Below are positions 24,318-36,451 of a DNA stretch of 64,000 nt, one piece after another. The translations under genes and the position numbers were made by a program. Origin of the DNA: Raja brachyura (taxonomy: Eukaryota); NCBI GenBank assembly GCA_963514005.1, contig OY740808.1:11966001-12030000 (forward strand), written 5' to 3'. Positions within the stretch are counted from its first letter, which is position 1, and each line of letters opens with the position of its first letter. The notes under the pieces were generated by a model, which worked only from the letters and a program-made list of their open reading frames with translations, had not been told where the DNA came from and ran no database searches.

Positions 24318-24366
24318 ATGGCTGAATGGGTTCGGGGACTGACCGCACTGGTGTTATTTCTTCGCA
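24318..24366 (+). CDS. IGL: Ig light chain cluster 2, leader exon
   Basis: GCCATGG Kozak; MAEWVRGLTALVLFLR + A; GTGAGT donor at 24367; acceptor atttccgacAG at 24461. Confidence 0.93.
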
Positions 24367-24461
24367 GTGAGTAAAACACGCAATTCTTAATTCTGTTCTA
24401 TATTCTTACATTGCGTAAATGTTTCGAAGAGCTCTGAGCATTCATTTGGTATTTCCGACAG

Positions 24462-24788
24462 CCACAAGCGCCGTGGTGACAGTTATTCAGGACGCGTCTC
24501 TCTCAACCTTTCCGGGGCAAACCGTCAAGATCACCTGCACCCTGTCAGAAGGCACTATTTCCTATTCGAGCTGGTACTGGCAGAAACGAGACAGCGCTCC
24601 AGTCATGTTGTGGTATCAAACCACCAGAGCTACCGGAATACCTGATCGTTTTACCGGTACCGTTGACTCGACGAAAATGCATTTAACCATCACCAACGTT
24701 CAATCGACAGACGCCGCTGATTATTACTGCTGTATTTGGAGCATTAATAGAAATATCTTCGGGACGGGAACCAAACTGAATCTGGGCA
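24462..24788 (+). CDS. IGL: Ig light chain (type II/lambda) cluster 2, germline-joined VJ exon
   Basis: VVTVIQDASLSTFPGQTVKITC...WYWQKRDSAPVMLWY...GIPDRFTG...DAADYYC-CIWSINRNI-FGTGTKLNLG; GTAAGT donor at 24789; no RSS. Confidence 0.96.
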
Positions 24789-25044
24789 GTAAGTATTAAC
24801 AGAATTCAACCCGTCCTATGTCAATTACCAGCTTTTAATTCTTATTTTTATCTTTCCATCTCCCTTGCATCCGCGCCCACCTTTTTGATTCATCTAGTTT
24901 ACAAAGCGCTGATCAATTTATCGCTCAATCTTTTCACTTTTCAGGGAGGAAAGGCAAATATCTCCGAACTTGGCCAAATATTTAGTTCAAGTGGAAAAAA
25001 AAAGCAATAAACTATGTCAGTTTATTCAGACAAAACAGGGGACT

Positions 25045-25378
25045 GAGAGGCGCAGTGTTAGAGTTGCTGCAAAACAGAGCCAGAGACAGAGACCCGAACT
25101 TATTTACGGGCGCTGCCTCTACAGAGTTTGTAAGATCTCCCTGCGACCTCGCAGGGGTTCCCCGGGCTCTCAGGTTTCCCCCCACGTTCCAAAGACTCGC
25201 AGGTTTGCAAGTTAACGGGTTTTATCTCATTTGTCCCCATTGTGTAGAATGTAGATGAGAAACTGGGAGAACATAGAACTGGTGCGAACGGGTGATCGAT
25301 GGCCGCCATGCAATCGGTGGGCTGAAGGGCCCGATTCCACGCTGCATCTGTAAATTAAACTAAACTAAACTAAACTAG
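25045..25378 (+). mobile_element. tRNA-derived SINE in the cluster 2 J-C intron
   Basis: AGAGTTGCTGC head, central domain, GCTGAAGGGCC..TCCACGCTG tail and (TAAAC)n end. Confidence 0.75.
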
Positions 25379-26791
25379 TGATTCGTGCAGTGCAATTTTA
25401 AAATCTCTACACACGCAGTTCACAAGATAATAAAAGTTGTTGAAGTTTGGAAGGAGATCCAGAAGCCATTTATTAAGAGACAACCACACAAGAGACAACC
25501 AGAGAATTTATCTTTCAAGGTCGACAGAGGAATCCAAGGCTAGGGCTAGCAAAGGGCTGTTGGGAGATTCGGCAGCAGACAAGTTGGGACAGGAGTAGAG
25601 TAAGGACGTCATGAAACTGGAAATAATAAATGTCTATTTTCCCCTATGTACCATTGCCCGATTTCATCTTTTCATAGATAGACACAAAATGCTGCGGGTC
25701 GGGCAGCATCTCCGGAGAAAAAACGGTTGAATGACGTTTCGAGTCGTCACCGTCACCCATCCCTTGTCTCCAGAGAAGCTGGTTGACCCGCTAAGTTACT
25801 TCAGCATTGTGTGTCGATCTTTGGTATAAACCGTTCAGTTTAGTTTATTGTCACGTGTCCCGAGGTACAATGACAAGCCTTTGTTGCGTGCTATCCAGTC
25901 AGCGGAAAGGCTACATGATTTCAATCGAGCCATTTACAGCGGACATGGTAAGGGAATAACGTTTACTGCAAGATAAAGCCAGCAAAGTCCGATCAAGGAT
26001 AGTCCGAGGGTCACCAAAGAGGTAGATAGTACTTCTGCACCGCTCTGTGGTTGTGGTAGGATGATTCAATTCCATGATAATGCGCTTTGCAGCTCAAGTA
26101 GTACTTCTGAAGTTCAGTCACTCTAATGTCGGAAACAGTACAGCCAACCTAGGCGCAGAGATATCTAACATACAGCAAAAATAAAGGGAGGGGGGCGTAC
26201 TTTAGTCGGTTTTGGATGATAAATAAATATCAGCTTGGCCATTTTTTGCTTCATGTTAAGAATTGTAGTGAATTTAGAGTTGATTCATAGCATAAAGAAT
26301 TTGTTTATTGTTTCGTCAGAAAATGGATGCTTATTGTTTCGTTAGAAAATACATATTTTCGGTTTCGTGACTCTCTGACCCAGGAGCTGTTTCAGAAAGA
26401 CAAAATGTAGGTCTGAAAAAAATGGTGCATAAACGTATCTGTATCTTCACGGTGAAATATTTACTCTGTATATTAAAACTCTACGACAGCGTGGCTGAAA
26501 TGGTCAGCGGAGTTGAGAAACTAAGGCAGTGATTTGTCCAGAAACCTCGAAAATCAAACTTCCGCGGGTCAGGCGGCATCTCTGGAGAAAAAGGATGGGT
26601 GACGTTTCGGGTCGGGACCGGCTTTAAAAAATGATCCCGACCGGAAACGTCACCCATTCTTAATGAAATTCTGGTGGACAAACATTAACAACTCCTTGCA
26701 CATTTTTCCATTTGTAGAATAACAGCAGAAAGGGGCAGTTTGATTCAGACGTTGATGTTAATCACCTTCATGCACTTGTTTCTATTTTCAG

Positions 26792-27114
26792 GTCCGCTAT
26801 CCCCCGCGGTGTCAGTCCTCACACCTTCGGAGGCCGAAATCTCGGAAAAGAACAGCGCCACCCTGGTGTGTTTGGTGAGCGGGTTTAATCCGGGCGTTGT
26901 GGACATTAAGTGGACTGTGGACGGCAATGCGAGAAGTGATGGCGTTGAGACCAGCCGGATCCAACAGGAGGCGGACAACACGTTCAGTGCGAGCAGTTAC
27001 CTGACTCTGCCAGCCACAGTTTGGAACTCATACGATCTTTACTCCTGTGTGGTTAAACACGAGGCTCTGGCAAGCCCGCTGCAGGCAAACATCGCGCGAT
27101 CCAGCTGCATGTAA
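26792..27114 (+). CDS. IGL: Ig light chain cluster 2, constant exon
   Basis: tctattttcAG acceptor in phase 1; SPLSPAVSVLTPSEAEISEKNSATLVC...YSCVVKHE...RSSCM*. Confidence 0.96.
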
Positions 27115-27289
27115 CCCAAGCAGTTTGTGTATTCTGTTTTGCTTCCTTAAAAATGTGTATCATCGTTAGACAATTACAAAAAGTTTTGTCCAATACAGTT
27201 CCAATGAGAAAGGTTGTCCGTTAAGTTTTACGATTCTCACAGTGGATTCATTCAGAAGTTAAACCATCAATGTATCTTTCTGGCAAAGT

Positions 27290-27295
27290 AATAAA
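27290..27295 (+). terminator. Probable polyadenylation signal of IgL cluster 2
   Basis: First AATAAA after the C2 stop codon (about 175 nt downstream). Confidence 0.6.
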
Positions 27296-28299
27296 ACCTA
27301 TATTATCACCGGGTCCATATTTCTCCTGTATTTTTCCATATCTCTCACAAAATTGAGAATGTGCTGAATTCACATAAATGTTTACGATGCTGGTGAGTGT
27401 TAAGTCGGGCAATGTGTGTTTAAATTGGAGCCCGGTTGATTCCATATCGTGGAAATATGACCATTATCACTAGAACCAGGGCACGTGGTGCATTTACTTA
27501 GCTGAGAAATTCATGCAGAGAATTAAGGCAAATTAAGATGTAGCCATATAATGAACGGAAGATGGTCAGATGGAACCAGGGAGTGGGGGGAACGATGAGG
27601 CTCTGCGAGCATGGACCTGGAGCCGGGGGTTGGGGGGAGGGGGGAGCGAGTTTCGGGGCTCCAACCAAGATATCAGCCACGTGCAGTCCATGAAGCGCTT
27701 TTCCTTACGGAGTTTCCCTGCGTATCCACAGTGTTATTATCTGCGTAATGCTCTTTGTTGGTTTGCGTTAATTTCCCCTTCCATACACAAACAGTCTCGT
27801 TTTTTCAGATATACGGCGCCTACCCCTGCTGATTGCCACCCTCCTGTGAACCCACAACCAATTCCCAGGCCCAACACAACCCGTCTCTCTCTCCCTCTCT
27901 ACTCTATCGTCTGAGCACTGCACTCCCAACTCCAGGACCATCCTGACCCCCCCCACCCCCGGTCCCCCTCCCCCACCCCCCCCCCCCCCCCCCCGTTAGC
28001 GCATTGTGACCCAGCACCTCACCCTAGCTCCAACTTCACTCTTCCTTTCCCCGATCTCCTCCTCGTTGACACAACGTGGTCCGTATTCAGCGAAACATCA
28101 CTTTCTACCGCTGCGCCTGCACCTCGGCGAATTCCGGGCCCTTCAGTTTGTCAAGCTCCTCTCCCTACGTTTCAGCTTCGGTGCATATTTATTGGACAAG
28201 GAATCCTCATCCTGAACTATGTTTTTGTTCTCATGAACTCAGATCAGCTTTGCATTCGGACATCTCATTAATCCTTTTAACCCCAATTAATCAATACAT

Positions 28300-29040
28300 G
28301 AAGAAACAAGACTCTGCAGATGTTGGTTTACACAAAAGTAGACACAGTACTGGAGTAAATCAGTGGGTCAGACAGCATTTCTGGAGAATATAGATAGGCG
28401 ACGCTTCGGGTCGGGACTGATCAGTCTTCAGACTGATTGTAGTTGGGGGTGGGGGGGCTTGGAGAGAGGGGAGGTAGAGTGAGCGTGGGATGTGACGGAT
28501 GGACACAAACTAGGGTGGATTTTGATAGGCAGATGATGGAGAGAAATAGGTGCGAGTCCCGGTGCGGTACAGGGGAGGGAGGGGGTGAAACGGGGACGGG
28601 GCAGAACGTGTGAGGGGAGGGGTGTTGGAGTTTATCTAAAATTGGAGAATTCATTATCACTCCCACTTTCTCCCCCACACCGCGCTATCCCTGTGCCTCA
28701 GATACACGAACACCCATTTCCCCCTCCTCCTCCACCCCTTCCTACATTCCTTCCTCTGGCTTCACAATTCGGAACTCTTCAATTCGTCTGTCTCACACCT
28801 TTTGTTTTAATCTCTGGCCTTTATTCCTACCATCTGCCTATCATAGACTCCCTCGCCTGTGCCCACCAGTTACTTCCCACGCGTAGTCCTGCCTCTCCTG
28901 TCTCCCAGCGTTGTCTACCCCCCCCCCCCCCCCCCCACTGTAATCAGTCTGATGATGAGTCTCGACCCGTAACGTGACCTATTCATGTTCTTCAGAGATG
29001 TTGCCTGACCAGATGAGTTACTCCAGCACTTTGAGTCCTT
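28300..29040. mobile_element. Large inverted pair of Penelope 3' ends
   Basis: The - strand arm (28300-28655) runs to AAATTGGAGAATTC, the reverse complement of the GIY-YIG ORF end. The + strand arm ends ..AATCAGTCTGA..CTCGACCCG..GAGTTACTCCAGCAC. Confidence 0.6.
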
Positions 29041-31714
29041 TGATTACAAATCAAGGTTGGTGTCATCTGAACAGGAATGTGTCGAGATTCAGATTGTGGA
29101 TTTGTATTCAGCTGTTGTTACCTTCGGCATTACGCGATCCTTAAGTATTTACCAGAGTGTAAACTATTCGATATTTCTCATGAAATGAAGAAAACCAATA
29201 TTTTGGTTTGATCATATATGGTGGACATATTTCAAAATTAAATACAAATGGTTAGTTACATACTTTCTTTCTCATATAAGGCATGTATATATCATACCAG
29301 ATATACATATTCAATGCAATTGAATTTTCAGCCCATTCTACCTTTTCTTTTTTCTTAATTCTGCTTCCCTTCCTCCGTCTCCTTTCAGCTGTATCTCTAC
29401 CTCTGGCTTCACATTTCACTGTTCTTCTCTACTTACCAATTGTCACTTTTTTTTATCACTGATATCGCGGGCCATCTACCAATCAAAGCCCTTCCATCTG
29501 CATCCATCTGTCACCTCGAAGACCTCCCGCCACCCCCCGCCTATTTTTCCATTATCTCCGCCCGCACCGCCCAAGGTATGATGATAAAGCACACAAACCA
29601 AAATCCTATACTTCCAGCGGCGGAAGTCCGCAGGAACTGGAGGACAGAGCTGCGTGGTGCGTCCGTCGCCGTTTCCGTCGGAAAACAGCACCACTGCGTC
29701 GCTAATGTTTTCAACGATGATAAATAATATAAAAATAATAAAAGAGATGAATACTCTGAGCTACCGAGTTACTCCAGCACTTCGTGTTTTGCCCATTCCA
29801 CCTATCAGTTCAAGAATCGTATTTATGATTCACAGGAAACTCCTCCTTCCTTATTACATTTAATTCTGCTATGGTATCTATTTGTTCCATTGTATAATAC
29901 AAAACCAGTGCAAGTGGAAACATGAAACAAAATCGGATAATGTTGAGAGTATTCAACAAATAAGCCAATTGCGCTGACGAAATAAAGACATAAATTTATC
30001 ATTTTAAATCCATAACATTTAGTCCAAATCCAAATCTTAGAAACGCCATCGGTTTGTTGTAACATCTACAGATCTATAGATTTGTAGTTTCCACAGATTG
30101 AAGAGTGTTTAATTTAATATTAATATTTAAATATTTAATATTTAATTTAATATTACTTCTTCATGTCAGAGTGAACAAAATCATGTACAATTTTTATACA
30201 TTGGATGTTTGTAATTCAAATAGCATATCGCGGTGTCAGGATTGCCTAGCACAAATCAAACCCTGCAATGTTAGCCTGCAAGAACTGGCCAACTGATAGT
30301 TTTACTCTAGGGTGAAGCTATGTATAATGAAGAAAGTACATTTTTGAGCGGAATGCTTCTTTTGTCTGTTTATTGTATTGGGTATCCAAGATTGGGGTGC
30401 TTGACTTTATCTTCCAACCTTCAATGGGAATGGATTAGGAATTATTTTCCCTCCCAGTTTTCACTTTTGTTGTGGTGTTAGCAATGAGTTACAGCGACGT
30501 CTCAGCGCCATGTCAATGGGACTGCAAAAAGTTGTTCAGGTACCTTTGGGTACCAGATCCAACAAGTTAGATGATGAAGTTAGTGGGCGTTCCCAGGTAT
30601 TTACTGTGGATGACATACATAATTCTTAACATACGAGCCTTAACATACGAACAGCCGAGAAGAGAGTCAAGGTTCGAGATAGTGCACGTGGGCAATATAA
30701 GCAGGATGCTATTTCTCAATAGTCTCTATTGGAACCGTTAACTATTCGTTACAGAAGGGAATTGTTTGGATGAGAGAAGGCAATGTTTGCTGCTGGTATT
30801 AAAGTAGTTTAGTTTAGGAACTCCAATAGATCACAATGAAAGAGGAAACGTATATGGACATGACGAGTGGGCAATGGTGTGGCACTGAAGTGATACATTT
30901 TAACTCACGGGAGGATTTAGGGGATATGTTCATTGCAGGAGAGTCAATAGGATGGCAATGGGTTTTAAATATTTACATTATGGGTATCGAATGTATAGAA
31001 TATGTTGCAGTGGAGTAAAAGGATGATGCAATTGTGGAGTGAAGGAGATTGACAAAATTTGAGGGAGTAATTTTACTGGGGTAATAAATGGAAATGCTTC
31101 CTTACAAAAGGTGTAACGCAAGTCAGAAGCATTTATGTGCAAAGATCTGCTTATTCCAATAAGATGGATTTGTACAAATAAGATTCATGTTCATTTTTAG
31201 CTTGGGCTTAATTATTACAGCATAATATATATAAACTCTGCATTTAAACACTGCAATTAAATACACAGATAAACTCTGCATTTAAACTCTGCATTGAATC
31301 TATGATCAACGTGTTACCTGGGGGCTTCTTCGAAATATACCTCAGTGATTCCTCGAGGGTCCCACCATTACGACGAAAGGATTACCGAATATTGGGACAA
31401 ATCTGTCTTCATTCACGAAGAAGAAATATACAACCCAGATAAACAGAAAATTGATGTCAATCGGGTGTTTGAAGTTAATTTGCAGAACATTTACTTACAA
31501 CAGTACTATTTGATGCAGTTTAACACAGATGCCGTGGACTTTAAATAGACTGTTGGCGGCAAAAGAACATAAGAAAAATAATCAGCGTCAGGGCACGTGA
31601 CGTTTGAACCCTGACCCGCGATGCAATATGACCATGACTGATTATCCCAAGCCTCAGATCCTCTTTCCTTCCAGTTTCTCGCAGTCTTCAGTCCCTTGAC
31701 CTTGAAAAATCAAT

Positions 31715-31900
31715 TTTCGGTTTCCTCCCACACTCCAAAGACGGACAGGTTTGTAGGTTAATTGGCTTCGGTAAAGTTGTAAACAGTCCCTAGTGTTTAG
31801 GATAGAACTAGTGTACGTGGTGATCGCTGGTCGGTGCGGACACGTGGGCCGTTTCTGCGCTGTATCCCTATCTCTAATGTCTAAAGGCTAAAGTTTAAAT
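31715..31900 (+). mobile_element. SINE 3' half
   Basis: GGTTTCCTCCCACACTCCAAAGAC..GGTTTGTAGGTTAATTGGC..GCTGTATC. Confidence 0.75.
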
Positions 31901-33469
31901 CTGCCATGTCATGTCCCCTGAAGGATCATACATATTTAATAAAATCATCCATTATTCTTAGAAACTACAAAGAACATAGGCCTGGCGTCTTTAGTAGCTC
32001 ATGCTCGGACACCCTCTCATCCCAGGATTGAGCGGTACAATCTGGGAGGAGTTGCTGAAAATGTTGGAAGAATAAAAAATGACATTAATCAGGATTAGTG
32101 TAGCAAGGTTGGTTTTTGATCGGTGCGCGCTCGGTCGGCCGATGGACCTGCTTTTTAATGCTGTATGGCTACATCCTTAACGAAAACAGTTGGAAGGGAT
32201 CCGCCACGGTTTTAGGATTAAATGTCACACAATTTCTGCCCTTGAGAGTCTCTCCAGTTTACTTAACCCTTAACCGCCATGGCTGGCCCATATCATTTAC
32301 GTGGAAATGACTGCTACATTACCACGCAGTCAGTATGCCATGAATATACATGGTCTGGCTGAAGTCAGCTGAGAGATGCACTCAGATATGCACCCACCCC
32401 CAAATGGGCAAACACATGGCAAAATTATCAGAAGGTGGGGAAATGTAAGGCTCTAGCTATCTATTAAAAAAGAAAGGAAAATGTGCTTTTCCAAATGAGA
32501 GAAACTACAACTATTGGTATTTAGGGGGGCCTGGGTATTCTTCCACATGAGCCATGGGAAGATAACGTTCGGACGCAGCAAATAATTAGGAAATGAAATG
32601 TTGTATTGGTCTTCATTCCAAAAGGATTTGTATAAGCGTAATATCCTTGATTGATTTAGATGCGGCTATTTCTGACGAAGGGGCTCCGATCTGGAACAGT
32701 ACAGTAACATTTTCTGTGTTTATTCACAATTTTTAAAGGTCCGGTTATGAGGGCAGATTGCAGATGCACACTTTTATTATCACGGTAAGAGCAAAAGGGC
32801 GAAGAGTGATGTAACCGAATTATTAAGGAATTCTAAAAAGATACAGATAAACCATTTCCAGTATTGGTCATCTAGAAGGGAGAATAATCTAATAATAGGA
32901 GTTCTGTCATTTAGGAGTGAAATTAGATAACGCGCCTTCACACCATTAGACTGGTAATTTAAACCTGAAAACAGCATCACCATGACCATGTTTACCCGTG
33001 ATACCCAACCCAGCAGCAGACACGCCGAATATCCACCCCAGAGAAAGGTTGTGGAAACTTGAGCAATCTAAACTTTCTCATTTCTGATTTTTTTTTTTAA
33101 AGAGAGGCCAAATTGATTTTTTTTTTAATGGGAAATGTAGGGAATATTGAGAAGGACGGAAATGGGAAACCCAAACTAACAGAATTTACAAGAAATGGTG
33201 AAAGAGCAAAAAACAGCGAAGATGTGTTCCCGTTCAGCTCTGCCAGACCTATTTAATATAAATTATGCCATCCCTCTTTAAGATGCTCAAGAACATGAGA
33301 AATTGTTGTATAGGAAATTTGGACGCAAGAATTGCCATTGTTATTAATTTTAGTTGGAAATACCCAGACAGTCTTCCTCCAATGTATAGGAAATCAACCA
33401 CGTTTTGTTTTTTTTATGTGTAGTCAATTATTTTCGCCCAGATGGGATTTGTTAATATAATGTCCCCTT

Positions 33470-34918
33470 CATCATTGGTGTCTTTCTAGATCTATCCAAG
33501 GCATTTGATACAGTCAACCATTCAATCTTAATCTCTAAACTCAATAGATATGGGGTAAAGGATGCAGTGCTTCTATGGTTAACCAACTATTTAGCAAATA
33601 GAGTACAATTTGTCTATCTAAATGAAAGCTCATCCAAAAAAATGAGAATTTACTGTGGGGTACCACAAGGCTCCATCCTTGGTCCTTTACTATTCTTGAT
33701 CTATATAAATGACTTATCATATACCTGTAGAGTACGTCTTGCTATCCTGTTTGCGGATGACACCAATCTTAAAGCTTCACATAGTGATCTAAAATCATTG
33801 GTTGAATTAGTTAATGAAGAAATGTCTCATGTTTCTAAGTGGTTTGAAGTGAACAGGCTCTCTCTCAATATCAAAAAATGCAATTACATGATCTTCTGCA
33901 ATAAAAACTATTTTTCTCCCAAAGACAAATCTAAATTTTTTATCAATGGACATGAAATTCCTGAAGTAACATATACAATTTTTTTAGGAGTAACCATTCA
34001 TCAAAATGTAACTTGGAAAGAACATATCAATATTGTCTGTAGAAGATCAATGAAAATGCTTGGTATTCTGAGAAAGGTTTGTGCATTTATTCACCCGTCT
34101 TCCCATCTAACAATATATTACAGTTTGATTTGTCCTTATTTCAATTATTGTTATATTGTTTGGGGTTCTACCTATCCTTCCTATCTTTCTAAGCTACTCA
34201 TCATACAGAAGAAATTTATGAGATTAATTTCTCACTCAAATTCACAAGAACCTTCTGCCTCTCTCTTGAAGAAGTACTCAATTTTGTCTGTAGATAAACC
34301 GAATGCATTCCAAATATGTATTTTTATTTTAAAGTATCTTAAATGTAAACATGATTTGCCTGTTTTTCGTCATGATCTTTTCACCCTTTCTTCTAATATT
34401 CACCATTACCCAACCAGAAGAAGAAATGATCTTCATCTTCCGTTTTGTTGAACATCCAAACACCAACATTGCATTACTTTTAAAGGTCCTACATTTTGGA
34501 ATACCTTGCCGCTGTCATTAAAGTCTCACACCTCCTTAGCCACCTTTAAGATTGACCTTAAAAATGTTCTCATCTTGTCATGTGTTCTGACCTCCAGCTT
34601 TTTGTAATGCTATTTATGAGCTCAAACTACTTCTGTTGAGTCTTATCTCATACTATACATTATTATTTTATTTATTTTCATATTTTTAATTTTATATTTT
34701 TAATTTTCATTCTTAAACTGTATTATTGTTTATTATTGTCTTTTTTATTTCTCCTACCCCCTGATTTGCCATTAACGCTCATTTTCAGATGGGAGCGGAC
34801 TTTGTATAAGCCCTCTGGGCTTCCCTTCCCTCCCAGCACTGTATGGTATTATAAATTGATCGTTTGTCTTCTTTTAAAACATGGTGCAAATAAATAAATA
34901 AACAAAAATAAAATAAAA
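33470..34918 (+). mobile_element. L2/Crack-like LINE, 5'-truncated, RT frame open to 34451
   Basis: FLDLSKAFDTVNHSIL, GVPQGSILGPLLFLIYINDL, LFADDT, WFEVNRLSLN; 3' TATAAGCCC..GGGCTT hairpin and (TAAA)n tail. Confidence 0.85.
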
Positions 34919-35994
34919 TCATTAACTCGTCACCAAAGTAAATCAATACAGTAACCTGATAGATTACTAACCACTTTAATCAGTTACCTCGCATTGCAGC
35001 TATAACATTTCCCCATGAATTGATTTAATGATGCAGCTATTTCAAAATGATGAGTTTTTATTGATATTGAATACATCTCAATTAAATCAGAATTTCATGG
35101 TTAGAGTGTGAAAGCAAAATAATGCAGATGCTGGATATCTGAACGAGAAAAGGCAAAAGTTGGAGGGAAAGAGATAACGTGGCAAGTCGGCGACTTGCAT
35201 CCCATTTTGAGACAAGTCATTGATCAGAATCGTTAAGTCGTTTTCTCCCCATAGATGCTGCCAAACCTACAATGAATGTCAAGCGTTCTCTGCTAAATAT
35301 AGCGTGATTTCAGGATTTCAATAGTAGATCCTTTTTTTGGCTAAACACAACTGAAAGCAATTGTATTCGAACATAACGCGATACATTTTGAGATATTAAT
35401 TTAAGTATCCCGGTTTTAAAATAACAGTTAAAAAAACACACTGAATGAAATGAAATGCTGATGCTGGAAATGTGAGGGAAATCCGGAACGTCCCTCACAT
35501 ATGCTGCCCAGCCCATTGAGTTTCTCCAGCACTTTGTGTTTTGATTGAAGAAATCCGACTTGGATGAGGTTAAATGACATACAACGTTATTCGTTACCAT
35601 CACTTTCGTTGTTGTCTAAATGACATTGACTGCCGCAATGGAATTTCATTTTTAAGAGTCATCGGTAGTTGATTCCTTTGTGGGTGCATCACTGGTGATT
35701 TCTCGTCTGCATCTTGATGCACTTTGTATCAATCATAGTCAACGTAATGCCAACGTTTACTTAACCCGTACTTTAATATCAAGTTATTGAAAAGTATTGT
35801 AATCGTAAAATATTTTACATTAATTACATCGTAGCGCAAGTCATCCTCGGTGAATTATAATCTTCGGTGACAATATTAGAAGTGTGCGCTAAAACTCGCT
35901 AGCGCATTCATGGTTTTGCATCAGCATCAGTGATGTCATTTGTTTTACATTTCCGCGGGAATTTTCCGCGAAGTGATCGGACGAGGTGAAAGAA

Positions 35995-36285
35995 GGGCGG
36001 CACTGTGGCACCGTGGCAGAGTTGCTGCCTTATACAGCGCCAGAGATCGATCCTGTCAGTACGTTCTCTCTGTGACCGCGTGGGGTTTGTCCGGGTGCTA
36101 CGGTTTTCTCCCACACTCCAAAGACGTGCAGGTTTGCAGGTTAATTGGCTTCGGAAAAAAATGTAAATTGTCCCTAGTGTGTAGGATATAACTAGTGTGC
36201 GGGTGATCGTTGGGCGGTGCGGACTCGTGAGCGGAAGGGCCTGTTTCCGCGCTGTATCTCTAAAGTCTAAACTTCTAAAGTATAA
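35995..36285 (+). mobile_element. tRNA-derived SINE just 3' of GP1BB (antisense to it)
   Basis: GGGCGGCACTGTGGCA..AGAGTTGCTGCCT head; GAAGGGCCTGTTTCCGCGCTGTATCTCTAAAG tail. Confidence 0.8.
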
Positions 36286-36451
36286 CGAGCAGCAACGCAG
36301 AATTCCAGCGTCGGCGCATTTAAAACAAGAGGCGTTTTTCCGGCATTAACAAGAACTCACTGAGGGAAATCGCGGGTGTTCGGTCAAGAGTGCTGATCGG
36401 ATAAATGGTTTTCAATTGGCTTAGTCGATGGCAGTCCGTGTGAAGACGAAT

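Noticed and set aside
25155-25164. kappaB-like GGGGTTCCCC in the cluster 2 J-C intron
   Set aside because: It lies inside a SINE, so it is most likely incidental.
31230-31300. TAAACTCTGCATT repeated 3-4 times
   Set aside because: Ordinary minisatellite-like slippage.
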